Positions 46,608 to 56,730 of a stretch of 64,000 bases of DNA are shown in pieces. The DNA comes from an uncultured Gammaproteobacteria bacterium (lineage in GTDB: Bacteria; Pseudomonadota; Gammaproteobacteria; Steroidobacterales; Steroidobacteraceae): contig CAWCYX010000010.1 in the NCBI GenBank assembly GCA_963799885.1, positions 110,520 through 174,519 on the forward strand, read 5' to 3'. The position numbers were made by a program, and so were the translations under genes. The notes beneath the pieces are model-generated. The model searched no databases, was not told the DNA's origin, and saw nothing but the letters and a program-made list of their open reading frames with translations. Each line of letters starts with the position of its first letter. The stretch's first letter is position 1.

Positions 46608-48515
46608 TCAGGTGGCCGTCATGACTGCGCGTTGCCTGCCCAGCCGCTCCCTGAGAAATTGCGCGCCGGCGCCAGCGTCGGTAATGACGGGACTCGGCGG
46701 CAGCGCCTGCAGGAATAGCTTTCCATATCCCTTGGTGGTGAGCCGGGGATCACCGAGCACGATGATGCCGAAATCATCGAAATCGCGGATCAAGCGGCCG
46801 ACTCCCTGCTTCAGGGCCAGCACGGCCTGCGGCAATTGATACTCGGAAAAGGGATTTCCGCCGCGCCGGCGGATGCCCTCGAGTCGCGCCTTGAGCAGCG
46901 GATCGTCGGGCGCGGCGAACGGCAACTTGTCGATGGCCACGATCGAAAGCGCATCACCTTTGACGTCGACGCCTTCCCAAAAGCTCCCCGTCGCAAGCAG
47001 GACGGCGTTGCCGAGTTCGCGAAACCGGTTGAGCAACGCTTCGCGCGGCGCCTGCCCCTGGACCAGAACGGGGAACGGTGGTTCGGGAAAGCGCGCCTTG
47101 AGGGCGGCGACGCCGTCGGCCAAGCCGCGATAGCTGGTGTAGAGCAGGAACGCACGGCCGCCGCTCGCTTCGAGCAAGGGGGCACAGGCGCCTATGAACT
47201 TGGCGGCAAATCCGGGATGCTGCGGCTCCGGCATACCTCGCGGGAGATAGATGCGCGCCTGATCGCGATAGTCGAAGGGGCTCTCGATGTGCAGCGTGCG
47301 CGCCTCCGGCAGACCGATGCGGGCGGCAAAATGCGTGAAGTCGCCGCCGATGGCCAGGGTCGCCGACGTGAACACCCACGCGCACGGGCGCGCCTCGACG
47401 TATCCACGCAACCGATCCGCGATCTCGAAGGGCGTGAACTGCAGGGACAGGCCGTTTGCTGCTGCCTCGACCCATCGCAGCCCGGAAGTCTCCGGGATCG
47501 AAGCCAATTCCCCTAGACCGGCAGCCAGTGCCTTGGCCCTGCGAGCGCAATTGGCGGTACCCGCGCCAGCGCCCAGGCCCTCCAACTCTTCGGCCAGATC
47601 GCCGAGGGCGGTCTCGATCTCAGGCAGAACGTCCAGAAAGGCGTCGGGTAGATTCGCCCAGTCGTAGCGGCCGGCGCCACCCGGCACGTTGCCGCGCAGA
47701 TCGTCGAGACGCGCCTCCACGATGGCGAGCTCGCCCACGATCGAGGGCGCCCGCACGGCAGCCGCCGCAAGTTCGGCGGCGACGTCGCGCAACAGAATTT
47801 GCACCTGTCGCACCGACCAGTTCTGCCCGAAAAACTGCGCCGCTATGTCGGGGACTTGATGCGCTTCGTCCAGGATGACGGCCTCGGCGCCCGGCAAAAG
47901 ATCGCCGAATCCCTCGTCCTTGAGCGCGAGATCCGCGAGCAGCAAGTGATGATTCACCACCACGATCTCCGCCGCTTGGGCGGTGCGGCGCGCGTCGAAC
48001 ACGTGGCAGCGCGTGAACTGCGGGCATTCCTGGCCAAGGCAATTCTCCCGCGTGGAGGTAATCATCGGCCATGCCGCGGACTGTTCAGGTAGGTCGGTAA
48101 GTTCCGACAGATCCCCGGCCTTGGTGGTCGATGCCCAGCGCGACACCTTGGCCAGCACGCGCGCGACCCCGCGGTCGCCTGCCAACAGCGAGCCCTGCTG
48201 CAGGGTCAACTCCAGTCGATGCCGGCACAGATAATTCGCCCGTCCCTTGAGCAGCGCGACCTTGACCGGCAGTCCCAACGCTCGGGCCAGCATCGGAACA
48301 TCACGCCGAAACAACTGGTCCTGCAGCGTCCTGGTACCGGTTGAAATAATAATGCTCCTGCCGGACAACAGGGCCGGCACCAGATAGGCGAAAGTCTTGC
48401 CGGTGCCGGTGCCGGCCTCGACGATGAGCGGCTCCAATTGAGCCAATGCGCGCCCGACGGCGGCAGCCATGGACGCCTGCTCCGGGCGAAAGGCGTAGCC
48501 CGGCAGGGCGCTCAC
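46608..48515 (-). CDS. DinG/YoaA-family ATP-dependent DNA helicase (Fe-S, XPD-like)
   Basis: 635 aa. Motifs: FRPEQASMAAAV...LIVEAGTGTGKTFAYLVPAL (Walker A), VILDEAHQ (DEAH box), the Cys cluster LCRH...CLGQECPQFTRCH, and C-terminal FWEGVDVKGDALSIVAIDKLPF...LKQGVGRLIR. Confidence 0.85.
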   Translation of the reverse strand: MSALPGYAFRPEQASMAAAVGRALAQLEPLIVEAGTGTGKTFAYLVPALLSGRSIIISTGTRTLQDQLFRRDVPMLARALGLPVKVALLKGRANYLCRHRLELTLQQGSLLAGDRGVARVLAKVSRWASTTKAGDLSELTDLPEQSAAWPMITSTRENCLGQECPQFTRCHVFDARRTAQAAEIVVVNHHLLLADLALKDEGFGDLLPGAEAVILDEAHQVPDIAAQFFGQNWSVRQVQILLRDVAAELAAAAVRAPSIVGELAIVEARLDDLRGNVPGGAGRYDWANLPDAFLDVLPEIETALGDLAEELEGLGAGAGTANCARRAKALAAGLGELASIPETSGLRWVEAAANGLSLQFTPFEIADRLRGYVEARPCAWVFTSATLAIGGDFTHFAARIGLPEARTLHIESPFDYRDQARIYLPRGMPEPQHPGFAAKFIGACAPLLEASGGRAFLLYTSYRGLADGVAALKARFPEPPFPVLVQGQAPREALLNRFRELGNAVLLATGSFWEGVDVKGDALSIVAIDKLPFAAPDDPLLKARLEGIRRRGGNPFSEYQLPQAVLALKQGVGRLIRDFDDFGIIVLGDPRLTTKGYGKLFLQALPPSPVITDAGAGAQFLRERLGRQRAVMTAT

Positions 48516-48575
48516 CAGCGGCCCGCCCGCACCGAAAACATCTTTATAGTTGGTGTCGATGAGCGCAGCCGGCAG

Positions 48576-49076
48576 TTATTTCACTACCGCACGAAACCGC
48601 GCGAACGCCACGGATTTGGATTTCAGCGTATTTTTCAATTGCCACCGGATGTAAGTGTATTCGTCTGGTTTGGCCGGCCGAGAATGTCCATCGGCATCGC
48701 TGACCCGAAGGTTCTCGGGCCGGTCGAAGAACCGCCCGTCGTCGACCGAATAGCGCACCTCCGCGCCGGGACCTGTCGCGGAGTCCGCAACGTACATCAT
48801 ATGAGAAGGCACCGCGTACGTGACGATGGGATTGCGAACTGCCGTGCGCCCGGGGTTGCGGATCTCCAGTGTGTAGACCACTTGGTCGCCGGGCACGACA
48901 CGATTGGCCGGCACGAGTTTGACGACGTCGCGGCCCCCTTGCACCGCCAGGGTTTCGACCTCGGCAACCGCCTTGACCACCAGCGCTTCAGAGGTGGCTT
49001 GACCACTCGCCGCAAACGCTATGCCGATGCCGCATAACGCTCCTGCGACCACGCAGATTCCGGTCCGTCTTAGCAT
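48576..49076 (-). CDS. Exported protein with a DUF11-like beta-sandwich repeat
   Basis: Likely start ATG 49076 (MLRRTGICVVAGALCGIGIAFA, a signal peptide). VVPGDQVVYTLEIRNPGRTAVRNPIVTYAVPSHMMYV resembles the conserved-repeat (DUF11) domain. Confidence 0.55.
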   Translation of the reverse strand: MLRRTGICVVAGALCGIGIAFAASGQATSEALVVKAVAEVETLAVQGGRDVVKLVPANRVVPGDQVVYTLEIRNPGRTAVRNPIVTYAVPSHMMYVADSATGPGAEVRYSVDDGRFFDRPENLRVSDADGHSRPAKPDEYTYIRWQLKNTLKSKSVAFARFRAVVK

Positions 49077-49255
49077 CAAAAACTCTTCATACTTCTGTTT
49101 AAAAATCAATCATGTAGGAACATAATCTAGGAACAACATTGGAAACTGTTGCAGCGCCGTCATCCCCAACCGATCCTTTTGAATCTGAAGTTGGCTACCG
49201 CCTCATCCATCTGTCATCCTCGCTAGTCTAGTACAGGCGGCACTCGGGGACTCTC

Positions 49256-51043
49256 ATGGCTACGGCACCACAACATCTCACGTCTCTCGCCTCACTGAGC
49301 CGCGACGTCGCAAACTGGGTCGATGAGGTGGCTCGGCTCACCCAGCCGGATCGCATTTATTGGTGCGACGGCAGCGAGTCCGAGTTTCAGATGCTGCAGC
49401 GTGAGTTGGTCGCGAAGAAGGAATTGCTGCCGCTCAATCAGACCGAGTTCCCCGGATGCTATTTGTACCGCTCCAATCCGTCCGACGTGGCCCGTGTCGA
49501 ACATCTCACGTTCGTCTGCACCGAAGATCAAGAAGATGCCGGCCCCAACAACAATTGGATGGCCCCGGAAGATGCTCATCAGAAGATGGACGCCCTGTTC
49601 GCCGGATGCATGAGGGGACGCACCTTGTACGTGGTGCCTTACTGCATGGGGCCCATCGATTCGCCCTTCTCCCGCTGCGGCGTCGAGATCACCGACAGCG
49701 CGTATGTAGTGCTCAATATGCAGCTGATGACCCGCATGGGCCTGCCGGCGCTCGAACGCATATCGAATGACGGCTCGTTCGTGAAGGGCCTGCACTCGAC
49801 GGGCGATCTGAATCCCGACCGTCGATTCATCATGCATTTTCCGGAAGAGCTCACGATCAAGAGCTTCGGATCGGGCTACGGCGGTAATGCGCTCCTCGGC
49901 AAGAAGTGCCACGCTCTGCGCATCGCCAGCTGGCAGGCGCGCTCCGAAGGCTGGCTCGCGGAGCACATGCTGATCGTCGGCATCGAGAATCCTCAGGGCG
50001 AGATCCATTATCTCGCCTGCGCCTTCCCGTCCGCTTGCGGCAAGACGAACCTGGCCATGCTGATTCCGCCCGCCAGGTACCGCGGTTGGAAGGTTTGGAC
50101 GGTGGGCGATGACATCGCCTGGCTGCACCCGGGGAACGATGGTCGGTTATATGCGATAAATCCGGAGTCGGGCTACTTCGGCGTGGTCCCCGGCACCAAC
50201 CCGAAGACCAACCGGAACGCCTACGAAACCATCCGCAGGGACACGATTTTCACGAATGTGGCAGTGACCGCGGATAATCAACCCTGGTGGGAGGGGCTTT
50301 CCGAGGGCACGCCGGTGACCGACTGGCAAGGTCGGCCCTACGATCCCGCGAACGGCCCTGCGGCTCAGCCAAATTCCCGCTTTACGGTCGCCGCCAAGCT
50401 GAATCCCGCCTACTCGAAGATGGCCGACGCTCCGGGCGGCGTTCCCATATCCGCCATCGTCTTCGGCGGGCGCCGCCGGACGCTCGCTCCTATCGTGTTT
50501 CAAGCAAGAAATTGGTTGCACGGCGTCCTGGTGGGCGCCGGCGTCGCATCCGAAACCACCGCCGCCATAACCGGGAAGGTCGGCGTCCTGCGCCGCGATC
50601 CCATGGCAATGAAACCCTTCGCCGGATACAACTTCGGGGATTACTGGTCGCATTGGATCAATGTCGGCGCGCAGCTCAAGTCGCCGCCGCAGATTTTTCA
50701 CGTCAATTGGTTCCGCCAGGACGGCGCGGGCAAATTTTTATGGCCGGGCTTCGGCGACAACCTGCGGGTGCTGAGGTGGATCATCGATCGTTGCCAGGGC
50801 GCCGCCAACGCGCGCACCACGGCCATCGGGCAACTACCGCACCCGCAAGACCTGGACACGCAGGGCTTGGAGCTTGCGCCCGGTGCACTCGAGGAATTGC
50901 TGGCGGTGGACCCGGCTGCGTGGCGCGAGGAATTCCGGGGGATTGCCGACTATTTCGCTGAGTTCGGCAACCGCATCCCGCCGGCGCTCGCCACCGAGCT
51001 CAACGATTCGCTCGCGCGGGTCACCGCGGCCGCTGCCGAATAA
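49256..51043 (+). CDS. pckG: Phosphoenolpyruvate carboxykinase (GTP)
   Basis: 595 aa. Motifs FPSACGKTNLAML (P-loop), GDDIAWL, YFGVVPGTN and VNWFRQD, typical of GTP-dependent PEPCK. Confidence 0.92.
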   Translation: MATAPQHLTSLASLSRDVANWVDEVARLTQPDRIYWCDGSESEFQMLQRELVAKKELLPLNQTEFPGCYLYRSNPSDVARVEHLTFVCTEDQEDAGPNNNWMAPEDAHQKMDALFAGCMRGRTLYVVPYCMGPIDSPFSRCGVEITDSAYVVLNMQLMTRMGLPALERISNDGSFVKGLHSTGDLNPDRRFIMHFPEELTIKSFGSGYGGNALLGKKCHALRIASWQARSEGWLAEHMLIVGIENPQGEIHYLACAFPSACGKTNLAMLIPPARYRGWKVWTVGDDIAWLHPGNDGRLYAINPESGYFGVVPGTNPKTNRNAYETIRRDTIFTNVAVTADNQPWWEGLSEGTPVTDWQGRPYDPANGPAAQPNSRFTVAAKLNPAYSKMADAPGGVPISAIVFGGRRRTLAPIVFQARNWLHGVLVGAGVASETTAAITGKVGVLRRDPMAMKPFAGYNFGDYWSHWINVGAQLKSPPQIFHVNWFRQDGAGKFLWPGFGDNLRVLRWIIDRCQGAANARTTAIGQLPHPQDLDTQGLELAPGALEELLAVDPAAWREEFRGIADYFAEFGNRIPPALATELNDSLARVTAAAAE

Positions 51044-51076
51044 ACGAGCCGCTCGCGAACCACCGCGCGAGCACGC

Positions 51077-51991
51077 CTATTCTTCGCAGGTGTACCGAAT
51101 AACCTGGGACGAGTTGCTGTCCGGTGCTTTCCCGAGCCCGATCAGCCCTTCGCCGCGAATCTGCATGGAATCGCGGCGAACGAAGGCTTCTTCGCCGTCT
51201 TTGCCGATGACGAACGTACCATTCGTACTCTGATCGATCAGCATGAATTTATTGCGGTTGAATTCCAGTCGGGCGTGCAGCCGCGAGATCAGATTGCCCT
51301 TGATGACGAGGTCGTTCTCCTCGGCTCGGCCCATGGTGATGCTCGCGCGACCGTCTTCCACCAGAACTTCCTGGCCCTGATAGCGCAGGCGCAGGCGCAA
51401 GCCTTTATTTGACCGCTCGCGTGAAGTGATGGCGATGGCGGGAACCATGCTGGTGATATCGTCGGTTTGCCACAGCACCTCGAAAAGCGCCACCTCGCTG
51501 CTGCGGCCCTTGAGGGTTGCGATGTCGATCTGACGCACGGAAGCGCGCCACTCGCTCGACAGCCGCTCGACCATGGTGGCCGTGGTGATGATCTGTCCCG
51601 CCTTGGCCTGACTGGTCATGCGGTTCGCGGTATGCACGGCGGAGCCGAAGATATCGCGGTTTTCCAGCACCACCGGTCCAAAATTGCACCCGATTCGGAT
51701 GGCGACGGTTTGCTCGTCGACCTTCAGGGAGGGATGCAGAACGATCTGCTTCTGCATCTGGGCTGCGGCGTTCAACGCGTCATCGGCCGTCGGGAACGTC
51801 GCCATCACTTCGTCGCCCATGGTCTTGATGACGGTACCGTGATTCTGGTCGGTTGCGGCGCGCATCACGTCGATGCAGATGCCGACCATGTCCCGGGCAC
51901 GCAGATCACCAAGCAATTCATAGAGCTTGGTGCTGCCGACGACGTCGGCGAATACGATGGCAACTTCGATCTCTTTTCCCACAGGCCGCAA
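51077..51991 (-). CDS. Class III adenylate/guanylate cyclase domain fused to a C-terminal FHA domain
   Basis: Cyclase: VAIVFADVVGSTKLYELLGD...GTVIKTMGDEVMATF...IRIGCNFGPVV...DIFGSAVHTANRM. FHA: ITMGRAEENDLVIKGNLISRLHARLEFNRNKFMLIDQSTNGTFV. Confidence 0.8.
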   Translation of the reverse strand: MRPVGKEIEVAIVFADVVGSTKLYELLGDLRARDMVGICIDVMRAATDQNHGTVIKTMGDEVMATFPTADDALNAAAQMQKQIVLHPSLKVDEQTVAIRIGCNFGPVVLENRDIFGSAVHTANRMTSQAKAGQIITTATMVERLSSEWRASVRQIDIATLKGRSSEVALFEVLWQTDDITSMVPAIAITSRERSNKGLRLRLRYQGQEVLVEDGRASITMGRAEENDLVIKGNLISRLHARLEFNRNKFMLIDQSTNGTFVIGKDGEEAFVRRDSMQIRGEGLIGLGKAPDSNSSQVIRYTCEE

Positions 51992-52026
51992 ATTATACTT
52001 AACCTGGCATCGGACGTTTCAGGCGT

Positions 52027-53022
52027 TTACGCGGCCAAACCCTGATTAATGATCGGCAGGGCTGAAAAAAGCGCATCCGGAGCCGCATTGGGTCGTGCGG
52101 CAACCTCGGACAGGAACCGGCGCCAGGCTCGCGCACCCTCGCGGCCCGTCATCAACCCATGCATGTGGCGCGCGATCGAATGCAGCCGCGCGCCCCGCCG
52201 CGCCTCCCGTTCGGCGTAGCAAACCATGTGCTCGATGAACTCGGCGGGCTGCGGAATGCGCCACGCAGGATTGAAAATCGCACGCTCCAGTTCGGCCAAC
52301 AAAGCCGGCCGGTGATACGCCGCTCGGCCCAGCATGACTCCGTCGAGACCGGCGTCCAACTGGGCGCGAACCGCCGTCGACTCGGTAAAGCCGCCGTTGA
52401 TAACCAACGCCAATTCCGGACGCTCCCGCTTCAGCTGATGCACATAATGGTACTTCAACGGTGGAATCTCGCGATTTTCCTTGGGCGACAAGCCGGGGCG
52501 CGCCAGTCCGCCCAGGATGGCGGCGCGCGCGTGTACGATCAGCGCCTCGGCACCGGCCGCGGCTACCGCCGTCACGAACTGCGAGAAGAATTCGTAGTCG
52601 TCCCGCTCGTCGATCCCGATCCGGCATTTTACCGTCACCGGGATCCGCACAGCGTCGCGCATCCGGCGGACGCAGTCGGCCACCAGCGCAGGAGTGCGCA
52701 TGAGGCAGGCGCCGAATGCCCCGCTCTGCACCCGATCGCTGGGACACCCGACATTGAGGTTGATCTCCGCGTAGCCGGCCGACTCCCCGATGCGCGCGGC
52801 CTGCGCCAATTCATCCGGATCGCAGCCGCCCAGTTGCAAGGCCACCGGGTGCTCGGCGGCGTCATGCTCGAGCAAGCGGGCCGCGTTTCCCCGCACGACG
52901 GCCGCCGACACCACCATCTCCGTGTACAACAAGGCATGCGGCGCGAACAGACGGTGGAAATAGCGGCAGTGACGGTCGGTCCACTCCATCATCGGCGCAA
53001 CATTAAGTCTTCTGTCTAACAT
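52027..53022 (-). CDS. dusA: tRNA-dihydrouridine(20/20a) synthase
   Basis: 331 aa. Motifs VAPMMEWTDRHCRYFHRL...LYTEMV, NLNVGCPSDRVQSGAFGACLM and VTVKCRIGID. Confidence 0.9.
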   Translation of the reverse strand: MLDRRLNVAPMMEWTDRHCRYFHRLFAPHALLYTEMVVSAAVVRGNAARLLEHDAAEHPVALQLGGCDPDELAQAARIGESAGYAEINLNVGCPSDRVQSGAFGACLMRTPALVADCVRRMRDAVRIPVTVKCRIGIDERDDYEFFSQFVTAVAAAGAEALIVHARAAILGGLARPGLSPKENREIPPLKYHYVHQLKRERPELALVINGGFTESTAVRAQLDAGLDGVMLGRAAYHRPALLAELERAIFNPAWRIPQPAEFIEHMVCYAEREARRGARLHSIARHMHGLMTGREGARAWRRFLSEVAARPNAAPDALFSALPIINQGLAA

Positions 53023-53168
53023 ATTGATATAGAAATATTTAGTACGATCTAACGGAGCGCTATTTCCGCGTCAGGCTGTTCAATTTACCATCTGTCGATA
53101 CGCAAGTGCGCGCATCGCGGTTTTGCGGGCTCTTCGAGGTTTGCGGGATCTGCGGAAGGAAAGGTTCG

Positions 53169-54595
53169 TTAAATCGCGCAACCGTCCTCATGCGCCATCC
53201 AGTGAACGAAGCGATGCAGCGGATACATCGCGTCGTGCGGATTGCCGATGGTGCTGGGGCCGGCCTCGCCGAGACGGACGATGCGCTGCGCGCCGCCGCT
53301 TGCCAGTCGGTCTCGATAGTCGGCCATGCGATTGAACGGATAGAAGCCCACCGTCTGCGTCGCGACGTTGATATAGCGCACGGCCGCATCGAGCGACGGC
53401 ACACGGACGACGTTGGCCGTCTTGTTGATGGGATGAAACTCCACCGGCTCATCCGAACGAATGACGCAGCCTCGCCCGTCGGTCCTGCCCCAGACGCGAA
53501 ACTCATCGTCCATCATCATCATCGTCTCGATCTGCTCGCGCAGGTCCATGTCGAGCGGACGAGCATCGCCGGATGCGGCGGCACGTTGGACGATGCGCTT
53601 ATGCAACTTTTCGCAGAAGCGGTCGACCTGGTCGTGGGCGCCTTCGACATAGATGAAGCGGCTTGCGACGCATGCTTCCTGATTGAGAATCATGACGTCG
53701 GCGCTCGCCAGGTCCGCCGCGGCAGCGAGCGTTTCGTCGGAGGCGAATGCCTCCCTGCCCACCATGGAAATCGAGGTCTTGGGATCGAACGAAACGAGCT
53801 GAAAACCCGGGCCCAGATACTTGATGACGTTGTTGATCGCATCGCCGCCGCCCCAGGCGACGATCTTGTCGAAATATTGCGGGCGATAAAGCACCTGCTC
53901 CACCGAATCATCGCCGCCGCGCCAATAGACCGCCGACATCGACTTGACGATGGCGTGGTCAGGATCGATGTCCGCCATGGTCCGCAGGATGGCGACCGTC
54001 GTGAAAGGATCGCTCGATGACATCTTGAAGAGATTGACCGCCTTCACCATCGCGCCCTGCGCGATGGACTTCACGGCAACGCCGGGCGAATTGCCGGGCA
54101 GGACGTGAACGAGCCGCGGCGCGAAGGCGCGGACGAAGCTGCGCCGGCCGGTGTAGTCCTGGTGGGGAACCCACTCGTCCAGCGCGTTCGGATCGGCGAA
54201 GTTCTGCTCCACCACGGTGTTGAGCAGCCGCTTGTCGAGATAGGCGGCCGCACCTTTGACTTGGTTTTCCAGCACACCGCGCGGCAGGATATGCGTCGGC
54301 GCACATGCGATCGAAGCAGCTCTTGCACGAAAGGATTGTTCGGATCGGCGAGCCGTCGACCGGTCTCTACCAGGAAATCGATGATTTCCGCCAGCGGCAC
54401 GTTGAGCAGCGGCGGTACTTCGGTGCGCGGATGCACGATCCGGTTCAGGTCGATCTTGGGCGTCGCGAAATGGACGCCGAGATCGCGCGATCGATGAATG
54501 GCATCGTTGCCTTCGACCAGCTCGCCGCGCGCAAAAAACGGAGCGGAAATCGCGGCTGTCGGTTCGCTCGCCTTGAGATCAACTACAGAGTTCAT
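53169..54595 (-). CDS. LuxC-like acyl-CoA (fatty acyl) reductase, one frame change as sequenced
   Basis: The N-terminus MNSVVDLKASEPTAAISAPFFARGELVEG...PLAEIIDFLVETGRRL...NPFVQELLRSH is in the frame of ORF 54071-54715. It joins PTHILPRGVLENQVKGAAAYLDK... (ORF 53169-54275) near 54300. The AVYWRGGDD...IVAWGGGDAI and NQEACVASRFIYVEG (active-site Cys context) motifs recall LuxC. The start ATG overlaps the luxE-like stop (ATGA). Confidence 0.7.
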
Positions 54596-55952
54596 GCCAC
54601 ACCTCTTACGTATGCGTCGACCGTGCCCGCGCAGCCGATCTTGTCGTCGCCCTCGAGGTCCGCGTAACGGACGATATTGTCGCGAATCGACGGTCCCTTG
54701 CTGCCGCAGGCGCACGGGCTGAAGTCGATCGATATCTTGTCGCCCGAGATGACGCCGCCCCAGCGCCCGTCGAGCGACAGGTCGAAGAATGCTGCGCGCC
54801 CTTCATACTCGCCGTTGGTCACGGGCAGGAGGCTGTCGCCCGTCTTGTCGAGGATCAGCGGCACCACCCACGGCGGCACATGATAACGGCCGCCCGCCTG
54901 GCAGCGCGGCATGCCGGAATGCAGCTCCTGCATGCTGTAGTTCTGATAGTTGCGCTCCGGCCGGATGTTGAAGGTCTCATAGACGAACTCGCGATAGTCG
55001 TCCGGCAAGCTCGGCGCGCTTTAGCCCGCCGCCGACATAGATCGAGTTCTCCGGATTAAAATCCTTGGCGCTGTAGCCCAATTTCACGCACCGCCTTGGC
55101 GACGTTGTAGAGACCCGCCCACAGGCCGGAGACATGTAGCTTGCTATGACGCGCTGCCACCACGGCCTGCGCGGTGATGCCGACCGCTTCGTCGACCGCC
55201 TTCTGGCGCGCCGCCGAGATTTTCTCGAACGCGGCGATGTCCTCCGGCTTCGCCGTGCCATCCGCGATTGCCTTGCGCAGCACCACCATCTGCGTCAGGC
55301 CGCCGACGGTGATGGGCGGAACGGGGTACGCGAAACGCTCGTAATTCGGGTCCTGCATGGCCGCCGTATAAGCCTCACCGGTTGCGAGGTTGCGTGCCAC
55401 GTGCGCGATCGCCGCCATGCCGAATATGCGCCGGTCCTGCGCGGGCTTTACGCCCGATCCCCACGAATAAGCGGCGACAGCTTCCGTCTTGCACCAATCC
55501 ATGTCCTTCTGGGAAGCGACGAGCATGGCGGACTTGCCGGTCGTGCCGCTGGAGCAGGACACGAAGATACCATTGTCAGCGAGCTTCTCGATCCAGTCGT
55601 CAACCTCACGGGCATCCGATACTTGGTCCACCGGCACGCGGTGGGTGGAGACCGTATCCAGCCATCTGGACAATCGGTCCCAGCGCTTCTGCGCGAGCCA
55701 GCTCTCGGGATAGCTCTTATAGGCCGTGTGTGGCAGTAGAAGCTTGACCACAGCCTCATGGCTGCGCACTTCGGTAATGCCCGCCTCCCTGGCGCGGTGT
55801 CCCACCAGCTTGATCTGGAGCTTCCGTTCCTGGAAGCGTTCGTTCATCGCCCCGATTTGCGCCTCGCGCAGCTCCGTAAAGGGGATATCGTAGCGATCTT
55901 TCGCCTCGACGAGGCGAGTCAGCCGCTCAACAGCATCACCCATAAGCTGCAC
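54592..55952 (-). CDS. LuxE-like acyl-protein synthetase / adenylate-forming enzyme, two frame changes as sequenced
   Basis: ORF 55056-55952 has the AMP-binding motif FVSCSSGTTGKSAML. The middle LGYSAKDFNPENSIYVGGGLKRAEL is in ORF 54977-55261. The C-terminus PDDYREFVYETFNIRPE...HVPPWVVPLILD...CACGSKGPSI is in ORF 54592-55008. Confidence 0.7.
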
Positions 55953-56005
55953 CCCTAAGCTTCACCCACACGGCATTATCCTTTCCTGTTGCACTGCGAC
56001 GATGT

Positions 56006-56031
56006 ATAATGGTACCAGTGCGTTCCATTAT
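56006..56031. promoter_or_regulatory. Inverted repeat ATAATGG-N12-CCATTAT overlapping a TATAAT hexamer (candidate TetR operator/promoter)
   Basis: Read directly in the 56-77 bp luxE-like/tetR divergent gap. TATAAT lies at 56005-56010. The right arm overlaps ATG 56030. Confidence 0.35.
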
Positions 56032-56714
56032 GAACTCTTTACCGTTGGAGAGCAAAGAAATTCGCATTCACGCAAATCTGACGGTCTCGCGCCCCGGCGT
56101 GGGGCGGCCGACACGCGCCCAACAGCAGCATCGCCACGAGGAACTCCTGAACGTTGCGCTCGACATATTTTTGGAAAGAGGCTTCGAGCAGGCCACGATG
56201 GAGGAGATCGCCATCCAAGTCGGCATGTCGAAACGCACGGTCTACGCCCAATACGAAGACAAGGGCACTCTATTCAAAGCCGCGGTGAGGCGGGCGATTG
56301 AACGCTATACCGTGCCGCGGGAGGCACTCGAGGCGGTCGCAACCGATGACTTGGAGGAAACACTGGCTGCAATCGCACGCCTCCGGATCGCCAATGTAGC
56401 GACGCCCGTCGCGACCAAACTGCAACGCATCCTCAGCGCTCAGTCCTACCGCTTCCCGGAGCTCTTCCATGCCGCCTTCGAGGAAGGGGCCGGCCCCACT
56501 ATCAGCTTTCTCACTGATCTGTTCGAGCGTTATCAGCAAGCAGGGAGACATCAACGTGACCGAACCGCGACGCGCAGCGGCAGCCTTTCTGAGTCTGGTG
56601 GTGGGCGGCCCGGCGCGCATCATCGTGTCTGGAAATATGCTCGACGACACGGAAACGGAGAAGCACATCCGCTTTGCCGTCGGCCTTTTTCTGCGGGGCG
56701 TCGGCCGCCGCTAA
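56009..56714 (+). CDS. TetR-family transcriptional regulator, one frame change as sequenced
   Basis: HTH EELLNVALDIFLERGFEQATMEEIAIQVGMSKRTVYAQYEDKGTLF. After ...LFERYQQAG the frame shifts near 56542-56548 to DINVTEPRRAAAAFLSLVVGGPARIIVSG...FAVGLFLRGVGRR* (ORF 56469-56714). The start is ATG 56009 or 56030. Confidence 0.8.
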
Positions 56715-56730
56715 CTCAGGCGTTCCCTGC

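Noticed and set aside
53118-53151. Imperfect direct repeat GTTTTGCGGGCTCT / GGTTTGCGGGATCT downstream of the luxC-like gene.
   Set aside because: It is short and imperfect, with no hairpin potential and no obvious association with a start site. The support is insufficient.
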